Positions 18,436 to 28,148 of a stretch of 64,000 bases of DNA are shown here, in pieces; the first letter of the stretch is position 1; each line of letters starts with the position of its first letter. The position numbers and the translations under genes are program-made. This DNA is from a virus. Location of the stretch: IMG/VR virus record IMGVR_UViG_3300037189_006220, positions 32,001-96,000 of that record, one strand, 5' to 3'. The notes under the pieces were generated by a model. That model made no database searches and was not told the origin of the DNA. It saw nothing but the letters and a program-made list of their open reading frames with translations.

Positions 18436-18881
18436 GCGTCAAAACAGGTCTTGCACAGAATCTTGTTGATTCGTGTGCTTGTGTTGGACAAGCGTTGTGA
18501 GTCTGGGTCAATCGCTACAGGATAAACACCTTGCGCTACTTCCAGACAGCCATCGCACTTCAACGGATTCTCCAAGAATCGGAATCCTGCTCCACGCTTG
18601 CGTGACGCATTGACACCCTTACCGAGTGCATGGTCTTCTGCCGTACCAGTTGTGATGTACATAAACAACCGAAGATTGTCTGCCTCAAGAATCGGACGAC
18701 CCTCTGCACAACGGCACGACGAAATACGAGCCGGTGCACAAACTGAACCTCGACCCGGTACATCTGTGTGGTAATTCATCGAGTGCCCGCACACGCAGAC
18801 TTCCCGACTCTTGATACGAGTGCTCTGACCGGCAGTGAACTTCTCCAATGCCTCGTCACTCATAATGCTGAACTCACCCAC
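18420..18881 (-). CDS. multi-Zn-finger protein (paralog B)
   Basis: CVCGH..YH, C..CRC, CDGC, CKTC; AGGAGG SD. Confidence 0.75.
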   Translation of the reverse strand: MGEFSIMSDEALEKFTAGQSTRIKSREVCVCGHSMNYHTDVPGRGSVCAPARISSCRCAEGRPILEADNLRLFMYITTGTAEDHALGKGVNASRKRGAGFRFLENPLKCDGCLEVAQGVYPVAIDPDSQRLSNTSTRINKILCKTCFDAWNGA

Positions 18882-18889
18882 GAGTCCTC

Positions 18890-19325
18890 CTTAAAAGTAA
18901 TAACTAACTACTAACCAACACTCTAGCACACTCCCCAACCCAACTGACCCCAAACCCTCCGACCAACCCCACTTCTTACTATGGTATATTCCCTCTGTCA
19001 AAAACATACTAAACAAACTAATACACACTAAAGTCACTAAACTCACTAAATTCCTTAGTAAGGTGCACAGCGTACACACGTCACGTATAGAAGATTTTAG
19101 TTACTTTAGATACTTTAGATAGCTTTAGTTGACAGTTAATAGTGTAAATCCAACTAATAAACCGTCGCAACTAAATGCTTACTAACTACCATTCCAACTA
19201 AACCAACTAACCACGATAAGAACCAACTCAACCAAAAAACCTTATATACCCTAACTAATGAAAAAAGGTGCTGACCACTAATTAGTCAGCACCCACAGAA
19301 AATTCTGTCAAGTTAGTACCCCAAA
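18890..19325. other. G-poor, A/C-rich non-coding spacer with short repeats; candidate replication origin
   Basis: CACTAAA x3 (about 19026-19050), CTTTAG x3, many AACTAA; no credible ORF. Confidence 0.5.
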
Positions 19326-19327
19326 AT

Positions 19328-19873
19328 CTACCGCTTTTCGCCCTCCGCCTCAGCAGCTTCTAGTATCAATTCAAGTGTCACAAGCATGTCTCTACCAATG
19401 CCCCAGTCCGCATTTACGGATGGAACAAATGACCCCGGCGTACTCAAGAACCCAGAGTACTCAGCATTATCCCGAAGCTCCCAGACTCCCGAATCAAACC
19501 AAGCCCAATGCTCCCGACCAAATCCAATCCGGCTATCCTCCCAGATTGCCTCGACCTTCCAGTACACAGACGGAAACGAAACAGCCCCACCCAAAGGACG
19601 CAGTATCTTTGCATTCATGCCCCAGTCGCCAAGACCCACGACCTCAGCAACCTTCCGGCAATCATCTTGCCAAGTAGAAACCCAGACCAATTCCAGCGAA
19701 GGGTACTCAGCATGTAGCTCCAGCAACCTCGCAACCATCTCCTCAGACCACATCACAGGATAGCCAAGCACTTCCTCAGAGCCGTAGTCCCAGCCCTCTA
19801 TGGAATTAAAGCCCCACTCCTCGGACGCACGGAAAGCATTAATAACTCCGTCTACATCCAGATAGAGTTTCAC
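19328..19873 (-). CDS. HAD-family phosphatase-like protein
   Basis: LYLDVDGVIN motif I, WVSTW, WK. Confidence 0.8.
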   Translation of the reverse strand: MKLYLDVDGVINAFRASEEWGFNSIEGWDYGSEEVLGYPVMWSEEMVARLLELHAEYPSLELVWVSTWQDDCRKVAEVVGLGDWGMNAKILRPLGGAVSFPSVYWKVEAIWEDSRIGFGREHWAWFDSGVWELRDNAEYSGFLSTPGSFVPSVNADWGIGRDMLVTLELILEAAEAEGEKR

Positions 19874-20220
19874 TCGGAGTCTCCACTCAAGCCCATAGGC
19901 TCATCAAAAGTGATAGCCCACATTCCCGGAGCAATTTTCCTATCAATCCAGCCAAACTCGGTACAACCGCCTCGACCAGTTTCAAGGAATGAAACCTTGG
20001 AGCCAACCGCCAACTCCTCATCAGCGTCCCACGAACCCCACTCAGAGCGAATAAACCATGTCTGCTCTACCCTGTCCCACAGCACAGGAGAGGTTACGGC
20101 GGGGGTGGTAATTTCCTCCCATGTTCCACCAGCCTCAAAGTATTCCACAATCAACTGCGCCAACAAACGGTTAGCACGCTTGCGCTTACGACGCTCTGCC
20201 ATCTTAGAAAAGATATTCAT
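19870..20220 (-). CDS. hypothetical protein
   Basis: ORF in gene run. Confidence 0.55.
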   Translation of the reverse strand: MNIFSKMAERRKRKRANRLLAQLIVEYFEAGGTWEEITTPAVTSPVLWDRVEQTWFIRSEWGSWDADEELAVGSKVSFLETGRGGCTEFGWIDRKIAPGMWAITFDEPMGLSGDSE

Positions 20221-20229
20221 AAGAGCAGC

Positions 20230-20520
20230 CTACTCTATTCCATAGGGATTTTCAACGTCGTCTCTGCCCTCACTAGAACCCGCACTCCACCCAAGCTCCC
20301 ACGCATCCCAAAGCATCTGACGCAAAGTATTCGACCCCAGAACAGCCTCCGCAATCTTGTCCAAAGACAAGACTCCATTACCTGTATAAGGATTACGCCA
20401 AATGTATCCGCCGTTGTGAACCTGCGCTGCTTTGATGTCATCCACCAAATCTTGATGTTGTGGGCACGCAAACTCGAAATTGTCGTCCGACTCAACAGCC
20501 ATTACGAACCACCGCCCCAT
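20230..20520 (-). CDS. hypothetical protein
   Basis: AWELGW..G...NPY motif. Confidence 0.6.
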   Translation of the reverse strand: MGRWFVMAVESDDNFEFACPQHQDLVDDIKAAQVHNGGYIWRNPYTGNGVLSLDKIAEAVLGSNTLRQMLWDAWELGWSAGSSEGRDDVENPYGIE

Positions 20521-20667
20521 GTAGGTACTTCAGTAATCGAACATCTCGCACAGCGATAGTGCTTAATGATTACCGTTCCACGCTTCGTCTCAGCTACCTC
20601 AGCAAACCAATCATGCCGACCAATACGACACTTCCAGTTCTTCCATGACCAAACCCTAGAACCCATA

Positions 20668-21309
20668 TCAAATCAATTCCCATCCGTCTTCCATAATGCG
20701 CTTACCTCGCGCATCTCGTTTAATTCCTTTTTCTGCGTCACTCTTACTTACTGACTCAGCTACCGAAGAATTAGACTTCTCTGGCTTCTTACGAGCACTT
20801 CCCTTACCCGGAGAATCAAGCAACCCAAGACGACGCGCATGAGCCAAACGCTCGTGAATAGTTCGCACAGAATCCATTGCTTCTACCCCGGCAATAACCG
20901 CTGCAGGATTGGAAACTCCAAACTGAAGAGCACACTTATATAGCACCGCTGTATACGCAGTTGTAGACATCACACCTAGCTTGTCCTTCTGCTCTGACAA
21001 ATGCTTTCGGCAATGAGCCTTACGCACTACATCTACAGTTCCGTCTACAATGCCACTTCCAAATCCAGCCCACGATACAAAGTCCAAAACCTCGTCAGCA
21101 ATAATTCGGCACCGACGCTCGGCATCTTCCCGAGTGTTACCAAAGATAGGAAGTTCGAGATGACCCACTACCCGTAAGTCATCACCAGAGTTACTGGATA
21201 TCCACCAGTCTGACACCCACCCATACTCGGTGGCACGGAGATTTACTGTCGCAAAGCGACCCTCCAGCCAAACTTCAATTAGTTCCACTTGATATACGGG
21301 GTCACTCAT
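20668..21309 (-). CDS. putative HTH DNA-binding protein
   Basis: C-terminal SVRTIHERLAHARRLGLL..PGKG. Confidence 0.55.
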   Translation of the reverse strand: MSDPVYQVELIEVWLEGRFATVNLRATEYGWVSDWWISSNSGDDLRVVGHLELPIFGNTREDAERRCRIIADEVLDFVSWAGFGSGIVDGTVDVVRKAHCRKHLSEQKDKLGVMSTTAYTAVLYKCALQFGVSNPAAVIAGVEAMDSVRTIHERLAHARRLGLLDSPGKGSARKKPEKSNSSVAESVSKSDAEKGIKRDARGKRIMEDGWELI

Positions 21310-21348
21310 CCTGTAAGTCTACCGCTTTCTTACTAGTTTGATTTATTT

Positions 21349-22146
21349 CTACTTTTTCTCTGCTGACCGAAAAACCTTGACGGCAATCTTGTCTGTCGCA
21401 AATGCCAAAAGAATAGGTGCTCCACCAGAGATAATCGCTCCAATAAGCAACTGCGCTGAATCACTAGCAGTCGAGACAACCAGAGTATGAAGAATGTTAG
21501 CCGTTGCCGAAACTGCTGCAAATGCCCCAATAGCCATCCAAGTCCAGCGAACTTTATCTCCACGCTCACGCTCTACGAACAGCGACAGAGTAAAGGCAAT
21601 GATTGAGATGTCCAGCATGATTGGCACAGCAAACTGCAAGGCAGGGTTACTTCCTACCGCCCACGCAGCAGCAGCGTACAAACCAGAGAACGACAAGTAG
21701 AACGAAGCTCCAGCCATTGCAGTAATAAGGAATAGCAATACTCCAAGCACAAATGGCGTATCGGCATGGAACCGCTTGACACCTTTATGAGCCGTCTCAC
21801 GTATTTCAGAAATAACTGTCTCTGGTTCTACAGCAGTAGTAGGAACACCAAGAATATCAGCACCAACCAAAGTGTCGGCAGAAGTAGCATCAACAGCCAC
21901 GACCCCTGAATCAGGAACGTCACTAAAACTAAACTCGGGGATAGGAGGAACAGTGTAAGTAGAAGTCTCATTAGGTGTTTGTTGTGACCCATTGTTTTCA
22001 TATTCCATGTTGTTTTTCAGACCTTTCTCTTCAGTATTAGAAGGAATGATTTCAGCAAAGCCAGAAGTTGGCGGTAGTGGAGCAGGAGCAGGTACTTCTG
22101 GTTGCGAAGCATCTCCCCAAGGAAAGATAAGTTCATTACGTCCCAT
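21349..22146 (-). CDS. DUF2637-like membrane protein
   Basis: Four TM segments; SFYLSF.GL, P..LD, SATANILH. Confidence 0.7.
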   Translation of the reverse strand: MGRNELIFPWGDASQPEVPAPAPLPPTSGFAEIIPSNTEEKGLKNNMEYENNGSQQTPNETSTYTVPPIPEFSFSDVPDSGVVAVDATSADTLVGADILGVPTTAVEPETVISEIRETAHKGVKRFHADTPFVLGVLLFLITAMAGASFYLSFSGLYAAAAWAVGSNPALQFAVPIMLDISIIAFTLSLFVERERGDKVRWTWMAIGAFAAVSATANILHTLVVSTASDSAQLLIGAIISGGAPILLAFATDKIAVKVFRSAEKK

Positions 22147-22247
22147 ACCAATAAGTTTACACCAAAGTTGCGTTATACCAATAACTGTGCTTATAATGAG
22201 TTCACGCTCAAAACGAGCAAACGACAAACAACAAGAAACAGGTAAAA

Positions 22248-22727
22248 ATGACAACCAAGGCTAAGAAGACTGAACTCCTCAATGAGTTCCTTCCCAAACT
22301 TCAGCCCCTCGTAGAAGAGGCAACCAAGGCATTCGGTTCACGCGCAACTGAATCCCACGCACACGACATCAGCCGTATGTACACAGAACTCCTCGTTGAG
22401 TTTGACGCTAAGGGTGGCTCACTCCTTCAGATGGCAACAGCACTCGGTACTTCGTACCCTGCACTTCGTCGTCGCGTAATGACCTCCGCCGTCGCTCCGC
22501 TTGCTCGCTCCAAGAAGTCCAAGGCTACGCAGGACGACTACGCAGAGGCAGTCCTCTACATCAAAGAGGCAAAGACTCACGGAACTACTGTTTACCACCA
22601 CGCAATCAAGAACCTTTACGACAGAGGCATCAGCCTCAACAAGCTTGCTAAGGCAATGGGTCTTGGCTCGGCTTACCCTCTTTACTACGGACTGAACAAG
22701 GTTCGTCTCAACGAAGGAGAGAAATAA
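22248..22727 (+). CDS. putative double-HTH DNA-binding protein
   Basis: GGSLLQMATALGTSY and GISLNKLAKAMGLGS; first gene after the strand switch. Confidence 0.65.
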   Translation: MTTKAKKTELLNEFLPKLQPLVEEATKAFGSRATESHAHDISRMYTELLVEFDAKGGSLLQMATALGTSYPALRRRVMTSAVAPLARSKKSKATQDDYAEAVLYIKEAKTHGTTVYHHAIKNLYDRGISLNKLAKAMGLGSAYPLYYGLNKVRLNEGEK

Positions 22728-22730
22728 CTC

Positions 22731-23015
22731 ATGACTGACAACAACGAAAGCTACCGCCAGATGATTTTTTCTCCAGAGGTTTTTGCTAACGCATTTAGTG
22801 AGGGTCTTAAGGAGCAACTCAGCCACTCGTTTGGCGATACTGGACACCTCGAAGACTTGGTTGCTCATGCATCTATTTACGCGGAGAATGTGTATCAGTT
22901 CGTCTCGGCACTCTCCGCACTTAACTCAGCTCACCACAAGGACGACAACAAGCACGGTAAGCACGAGGAAGAGAACTACATCTACGAGGTAGAGCAGGAG
23001 CCAGAAGATGCCTAA
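22731..23015 (+). CDS. hypothetical protein
   Basis: ORF with SD. Confidence 0.6.
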   Translation: MTDNNESYRQMIFSPEVFANAFSEGLKEQLSHSFGDTGHLEDLVAHASIYAENVYQFVSALSALNSAHHKDDNKHGKHEEENYIYEVEQEPEDA

Positions 23016-23144
23016 GATTGACCTGACTGACCTCGACACGCAGATTGCTCCTATGGAGGCAATCAGCCAAATCCTCAAGGACTTCCACGGAGGATTTACT
23101 TCCTCCATCGAAACTCTCGAAATCATCAATGCCGTTACATACGA

Positions 23145-23381
23145 ATGGAATCACTAGTGGACATTCAGCCCCACAACTACACCGAACTCTTCAACCTAGC
23201 AATCGCTAAACTGAAGACCGAAGACATGTTTCAAGATGAGCATTATCTTCCCATTACGGAAACCCTCATTAATCTATTTCGACACACACGCAGTATGGTC
23301 ACAGAAATCCCTGATGAGAGTGACTTTTCTGATATCTACCGTGAGCAGATTGCTACAGCGGAGGCGATTATTAATGGCTAA
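23145..23381 (+). CDS. hypothetical protein
   Basis: ORF in gene run. Confidence 0.5.
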   Translation: MESLVDIQPHNYTELFNLAIAKLKTEDMFQDEHYLPITETLINLFRHTRSMVTEIPDESDFSDIYREQIATAEAIING

Positions 23382-23671
23382 GGCACTCATGTACGGCACA
23401 GGAACGACCCTTTTTATGTGGGCACTAACTGTGTTTGATATCAACTTCTTCCCCATTGCGCTCTCCTTCGGGGTAGTCGCAACCGTCATTATGTACCTCC
23501 TTGTACGAGGAGAGAACTAGTGACTGTAGAATGTTCACGATGCAAGGGCACAGGACTCAATCAGCGCGTATCTAAATACCGCGAGAAGATTATTGAGAGC
23601 TATATGTTCTGCAACGGTGTTGGATTTATCATCCTCACGGAAGACGCACCAAATAAAGTTAGGTAACTCAA

Positions 23672-24277
23672 GTGGCACTACTTGAAGGCAACTACACGGT
23701 TTCACTTTGTGACCGCAAAGACATTGAGAAGTTTATTGAAGAGCACCACTACTCGAAGTCTATCAATGGAGTTATGTCCCAGTACTGTTTTAAGCTGGAA
23801 CTCGACGGCACTCTTATTGGCGGAATGCTTTACGGTCAACTTGGTATGGCTAACGCATGGAAAAAGTACGCAGACGACCCCTCCAAAGTAATTGAACTGC
23901 GCCGTCTCTGTCTGATTGACGATACTCCCAAGAACTCAGAGTCCTTCTTTATTGGTAAGACTCTTCGGTGGCTTAAGCAGAATACGGATATCCAGACGGT
24001 TGTTTCCTACGCTGACCCCAACTACGGTCACCAAGGAACTATCTATCAGGCGACAAACTTCACCCTCGCAGGTAAGACTTCTAAGGGTCGTGTCATTATG
24101 CACAACGGACGCAAGTACCACGACAAGGCAATCCGCACTATGTATAACGGAAAGCTTAAGCCGTTTGCCCAGAGGCTCAAGGATGCACTAGAGGCTGGAG
24201 AGGCTTACTATGTTGACCAAGACCCCAAGTACATTTATGTTCGACAACTAAGGAGAGTGAAGAAGAGTGGCTCTTGA
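23672..24277 (+). CDS. Mom-like GNAT DNA-modifying enzyme 1
   Basis: HHYS, IELRRL, NSESFFIG, VVSYADP..GHQGTIYQATNF. Confidence 0.8.
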   Translation: MALLEGNYTVSLCDRKDIEKFIEEHHYSKSINGVMSQYCFKLELDGTLIGGMLYGQLGMANAWKKYADDPSKVIELRRLCLIDDTPKNSESFFIGKTLRWLKQNTDIQTVVSYADPNYGHQGTIYQATNFTLAGKTSKGRVIMHNGRKYHDKAIRTMYNGKLKPFAQRLKDALEAGEAYYVDQDPKYIYVRQLRRVKKSGS

Positions 24278-24914
24278 GAACTACACCATCCGCGAACTCT
24301 CTTACCGCGAGGCAACCGACATGGTGGTCGAGTTTCACTACCTCCACCGTAAGGCTCCAGCATCATACTGCTACGGACTCTACCTCGAAGACAAACTAGT
24401 CGGTTGTGTTATCTACGGTAAACCTGCGTCCCCAGCACTCTGTAAGGGCGTAGCAGGACCAGAGGAAACCAGCCACGTCATTGAGCTAACGCGCTTGTGG
24501 ATTGCTGACACGACTCCTAAGAACGCAGAGTCTTTTCTTATCGGTAACTCCCTCCGCCTCCTCCCCGAACAGTACGACATCGTTGTGTCCTACGCAGAGA
24601 TTCAGGCAGGGCACATCGGAACGGTTTACCAAGCAACGAACTGGCTCTATACCGGAATGAGCGATAAGCACATTCAATGGACTCTTGACGGAGAGGCAAC
24701 CTCTAAGCATCACCGACACCTTTTTGATGAGCATGGTGGTATCAACAAAGCCAAAGAGTTTTTTGGAGAACGCATGATTGCTCACGAGCGTCCACGCAAG
24801 CATCGCTATGTAATGTTCCGTGGCTCACGAGCGCGTAAGAAGGAACTACGAGCAAAACTCCGCTACAAGGTTCAGGACTATCCCAAAGCCGAAGTTGACA
24901 TTTCGCAACAGTAA
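24267..24914 (+). CDS. Mom-like GNAT DNA-modifying enzyme 2
   Basis: FHYLHR, IELTRL, NAESFLIG, VVSYAE..GHIGTVYQATNWLYTG, KHRY. Confidence 0.8.
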   Translation: MALENYTIRELSYREATDMVVEFHYLHRKAPASYCYGLYLEDKLVGCVIYGKPASPALCKGVAGPEETSHVIELTRLWIADTTPKNAESFLIGNSLRLLPEQYDIVVSYAEIQAGHIGTVYQATNWLYTGMSDKHIQWTLDGEATSKHHRHLFDEHGGINKAKEFFGERMIAHERPRKHRYVMFRGSRARKKELRAKLRYKVQDYPKAEVDISQQ

Positions 24915-25121
24915 CCCATACAATGTAATAGAAAGGACAAAAATGACAAATAACAACGAAAACAAAACAGACATCCAGTACCCGCTTGGCGTAGAGTTTG
25001 ATTCAGAACTTGACACCCCTCAGGGACCTCTTGGCATTACTCGTCGTCAGGCTTACGACTGGGAGGCACGTCACCGTAAGTTCTGTGCGCTCACCCATCG
25101 TCAGCCCTGTAACTGCTCTGC

Positions 25122-25430
25122 TTGGGATTAGGGCTTACTATGCTCCTCAAACAGAACCCAGAAACTGGCTACTGGACAGATACAGAAATTCCTAATATCC
25201 GTATTGCAGGTATTCACGCAATCTTTGATTGCCGTAAGCCATGCGCTATTCATAATTCACCATCAGACCACAAACTCTCCACTGCTCCACTTAATTGGAA
25301 CGAGCACAGGGGAATCCTTGAGCGCATCTGCTCTCACGGTTTGGGACACCCAGACCACGACTCCGCGTTATATTACAACTCAACTAACCAAGGAAACACA
25401 AATGTTCATGCTTGCGATGGGTGTTGCTAA
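25122..25430 (+). CDS. His/Cys-rich small protein
   Basis: CAIHNSPSDH, ERICSHGLGHPD, HACDGCC. Confidence 0.65.
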   Translation: MGLGLTMLLKQNPETGYWTDTEIPNIRIAGIHAIFDCRKPCAIHNSPSDHKLSTAPLNWNEHRGILERICSHGLGHPDHDSALYYNSTNQGNTNVHACDGCC

Positions 25431-25669
25431 TGGCTAATCGACCCAATAATAACAAACCAGTAGAGGATTACATCCTCGAAGAAATTGCCCCCCTTCGCGC
25501 TAAGGGACTATCCTTCCGAGCCATTGCCGAGAAACTCGGTATCGGAGAGTCTACGGTTCGTAAGCACCAGAACTACAAAGGCACTACCACCTCACCCGAA
25601 TACACATTTACCAAGCGTCAACTTGAAATTGCAATTGCTGCACACATTGCTAGGGAGCGTAAAAAGTGA
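25412..25669 (+). CDS. HTH DNA-binding protein
   Basis: GLSFRAIAEKLGIGESTVRK. Confidence 0.8.
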   Translation: MRWVLLMANRPNNNKPVEDYILEEIAPLRAKGLSFRAIAEKLGIGESTVRKHQNYKGTTTSPEYTFTKRQLEIAIAAHIARERKK

Positions 25670-25751
25670 AACCAGAAAACTGGTTCACCCTTGGTGTAAT
25701 TGCCGGAGGGTTTATTTCTTTCTTACTACTCGTATTGTTTGGAGTAATTAA

Positions 25752-26030
25752 ATGAGCGTCTTTGACCTCGCAAAGAATAACCGAGATAACAACGATGTCA
25801 CGGTAACAATGTCCTACGCGCGATTTGATGAGTACCTACGTATGGCGCAGACAGAGGCTCTTGAGGCTCAGTACTCTGACGGAATTGCTACTGCTGTTCG
25901 CGTTGGTAGGGATGCAGAACGCAACCGCATTATCGCGCTACTCGAAGATAACCTGTTTACTGACAAGGGACTAGGAAATGTTCGCGTTAGTGACCTTATT
26001 AACCTGATTAAAGGAGAAACAAATGACTGA
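25752..26030 (+). CDS. hypothetical protein
   Basis: ERNRIIALL motif. Confidence 0.6.
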   Translation: MSVFDLAKNNRDNNDVTVTMSYARFDEYLRMAQTEALEAQYSDGIATAVRVGRDAERNRIIALLEDNLFTDKGLGNVRVSDLINLIKGETND

Positions 26031-26205
26031 AAAAGAAACAAGAAACACCCGAGCATACCGCCAAGGAATCGCGCATGAGCGAGAGCGTATCTTGACTCTC
26101 ATTCGTAGACCCGGATTTCATGTGTGGGATGCAGATGGCAGTCACAGTAAAGACCATTGCGTTACATGTAATGCAATAATTCAAATTCAAGGAGAAAAAG
26201 AATGA
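26023..26205 (+). CDS. hypothetical protein
   Basis: ERERIL motif, CxxC. Confidence 0.55.
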   Translation: MTEKETRNTRAYRQGIAHERERILTLIRRPGFHVWDADGSHSKDHCVTCNAIIQIQGEKE

Positions 26206-26543
26206 GTCGTATGACCCGATACGAACGAGCAGTTCGTCGCATGCTTGACGACCTTAACCTTGAGGGAATCCTACACCGCGCTCTTACTCACCTAGAGCGT
26301 AGTGAAGATGAGTTTGCTGATGTCCATATCAAACTTCTTAATGAGCCACTGGACTTTGCGCGACGCACCAAGGTTCGTCTCTACCCCGAAGACTTTCCGG
26401 CACACTATGAGCTTGCTTACAAGATTCTTAGTCTTGACCTTCCCACAAAGAAACTAAAGAAAAAGAAACTTATCCGCAAGCGCAGGTCAACTTATATTGA
26501 CATGTGGCATGATGAGTGGGGTACAGACGATTACTACTTCTAA
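26202..26543 (+). CDS. hypothetical protein
   Basis: ORF with GGAG SD and ATGA overlap. Confidence 0.6.
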   Translation: MSRMTRYERAVRRMLDDLNLEGILHRALTHLERSEDEFADVHIKLLNEPLDFARRTKVRLYPEDFPAHYELAYKILSLDLPTKKLKKKKLIRKRRSTYIDMWHDEWGTDDYYF

Positions 26544-26558
26544 CAGAAATTATAGTTA

Positions 26559-26747
26559 ATGACTATTTTGCTTGTCTTTTTAGGAACAGCCCTACTTACC
26601 ATCGCACTTTTCAAGGCGAAGGAAGATACGACTCTACCCAAAGAAAAGCGTTTGTTTGTAGATACGGTTGCCACCGTATTCTCACTTACAGCAATCATTA
26701 TTGGTGTAACGGTCATTGTTACTCTCATTATTGAGTCTCTAAACTAA
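26559..26747 (+). CDS. small membrane protein
   Basis: Two hydrophobic segments. Confidence 0.5.
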   Translation: MTILLVFLGTALLTIALFKAKEDTTLPKEKRLFVDTVATVFSLTAIIIGVTVIVTLIIESLN

Positions 26748-26917
26748 TGCCTACTTATCTTTATATTTGTGCTTGTGGATATCGAGAAGAAATTATTCAC
26801 GGTATAAATGAAGATGTTGTGGTCGAATGTACTGCTTGTAAAGTTCCTATGACTCGTAAACCCCAATTCAACTCCTACTCGTTCAAGGGTAAGGGCTTCT
26901 ATTCCACGGGAGGATAG
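26747..26917 (+). CDS. FmdB-family zinc ribbon protein (56 aa, below cutoff)
   Basis: MPTYLYICACG...CTAC..MTR...FKGKGFYST. Confidence 0.8.
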   Translation: MPTYLYICACGYREEIIHGINEDVVVECTACKVPMTRKPQFNSYSFKGKGFYSTGG

Positions 26918-26918
26918 T

Positions 26919-27215
26919 ATGAAAACTGCAATGATTGATATTCACAACTTTAAAGCTAAAGTAATCCCTCTTAGCGAAATGCCCGGAGTTCGACTCCTTG
27001 AGATTGCTTCTATGCCTCAGGACGAAAAGCAGTCACTCGCAATGATTCAACTCCTCAAAGATGCACTTATTGACCAGACTCAGACCGCAGAGATTGACAC
27101 CCTTTCGATGACCGTCATCACAGACATCATTGAGGCGTACTTCAATGCCACAGAGACTGAAGAGACTTTTGATATGTCGTTTATCGAAGACGCAGACCCT
27201 AATGCCAAAGAATGA
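26919..27215 (+). CDS. hypothetical protein, paralog of 16918..17262
   Basis: GGAGG SD; shared pattern with the paralog. Confidence 0.65.
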   Translation: MKTAMIDIHNFKAKVIPLSEMPGVRLLEIASMPQDEKQSLAMIQLLKDALIDQTQTAEIDTLSMTVITDIIEAYFNATETEETFDMSFIEDADPNAKE

Positions 27216-27319
27216 GAGACACTCTGAAGAAGACCTTGAGCTTCTCCAAAAAGTTCTCGCTATGCCCAAAGAGGCAATAGAAGATTTACAAAAGCTATTC
27301 GCAATTTGTGAGGAACCAG

Positions 27320-27856
27320 ATGACACGCACGACTTGGGATGAGACGTGGATGGCTGTTGCCGAGACAATGGCTCAACGCTCGCTCTGCACTAATCGTCAG
27401 GTCGGCTGTGTCATTGTGACTTCCAGCAACCGACCAATGGCTGTTGGATATAACGGTCCTCCGGCAAACTTTAATCGAACCACTCACGAAGGGCTACTCT
27501 CTTTTGCTAAATCAGAAGGATGTAACAACTGGTGTGACCGCGCTAAGTCGCAAGACCGAGGAACAACTTACTCCAACTGTGTCAGCGTCCACGCAGAGGC
27601 TAATGCTCTCCTATTTGCAGACCGCAGAGACTACGCAGGTGGCACAATGTATGTCACTAATCCTTGCTGTTGGGACTGCGCCAAGCTCGTAGCCAACTCA
27701 GGCATTAGTCGTCTTGTAGTGCGACTTTCAGAACGAGACGCTCACTACGATAATGAGTCGTCACTATCTTTCATCCGCTCGTGCGGAATACTTGTAGATA
27801 TCTTTCCTCCTAAAGAAAGAGGAGAGATTGGATACTGGGAAGAAGAAGACGCTTAG
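27320..27856 (+). CDS. dCMP deaminase
   Basis: RSLC..RQVGCVI, GYNG, VHAEANAL, PCCWDC. Confidence 0.9.
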   Translation: MTRTTWDETWMAVAETMAQRSLCTNRQVGCVIVTSSNRPMAVGYNGPPANFNRTTHEGLLSFAKSEGCNNWCDRAKSQDRGTTYSNCVSVHAEANALLFADRRDYAGGTMYVTNPCCWDCAKLVANSGISRLVVRLSERDAHYDNESSLSFIRSCGILVDIFPPKERGEIGYWEEEDA

Positions 27857-28146
27857 TCTTTCTTAACCCGAACATCGTATTGCTTACGAGGTGGCGGAGT
27901 ATATCCACGCCTCAGACGACTACGCTCACGAGCGGTTGTTCCTCCCCAGATACCAAGCTCTTCATTCTCCATAGCCCACGCTAGGCACTCAATTACATAT
28001 GGGCATGAGGCACAAATTTTTTTGGCTAGTACAACCATTGTTGTAGAGTCACCAACACCAGTCTCTGGGAAGAACGCATCTGGGTCAGCACTAGCGCAAT
28101 GAGGCTCACCCTTCTCAAAAAAGTCTGGATACTCGGCTTTGCTCAT
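27853..28146 (-). CDS. whiB: WhiB-family transcription factor
   Basis: C...DPDAFFP...AKKICASCP...C...GIWGGT...ER. Confidence 0.95.
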   Translation of the reverse strand: MSKAEYPDFFEKGEPHCASADPDAFFPETGVGDSTTMVVLAKKICASCPYVIECLAWAMENEELGIWGGTTARERSRLRRGYTPPPRKQYDVRVKKD

Positions 28147-28148
28147 AC

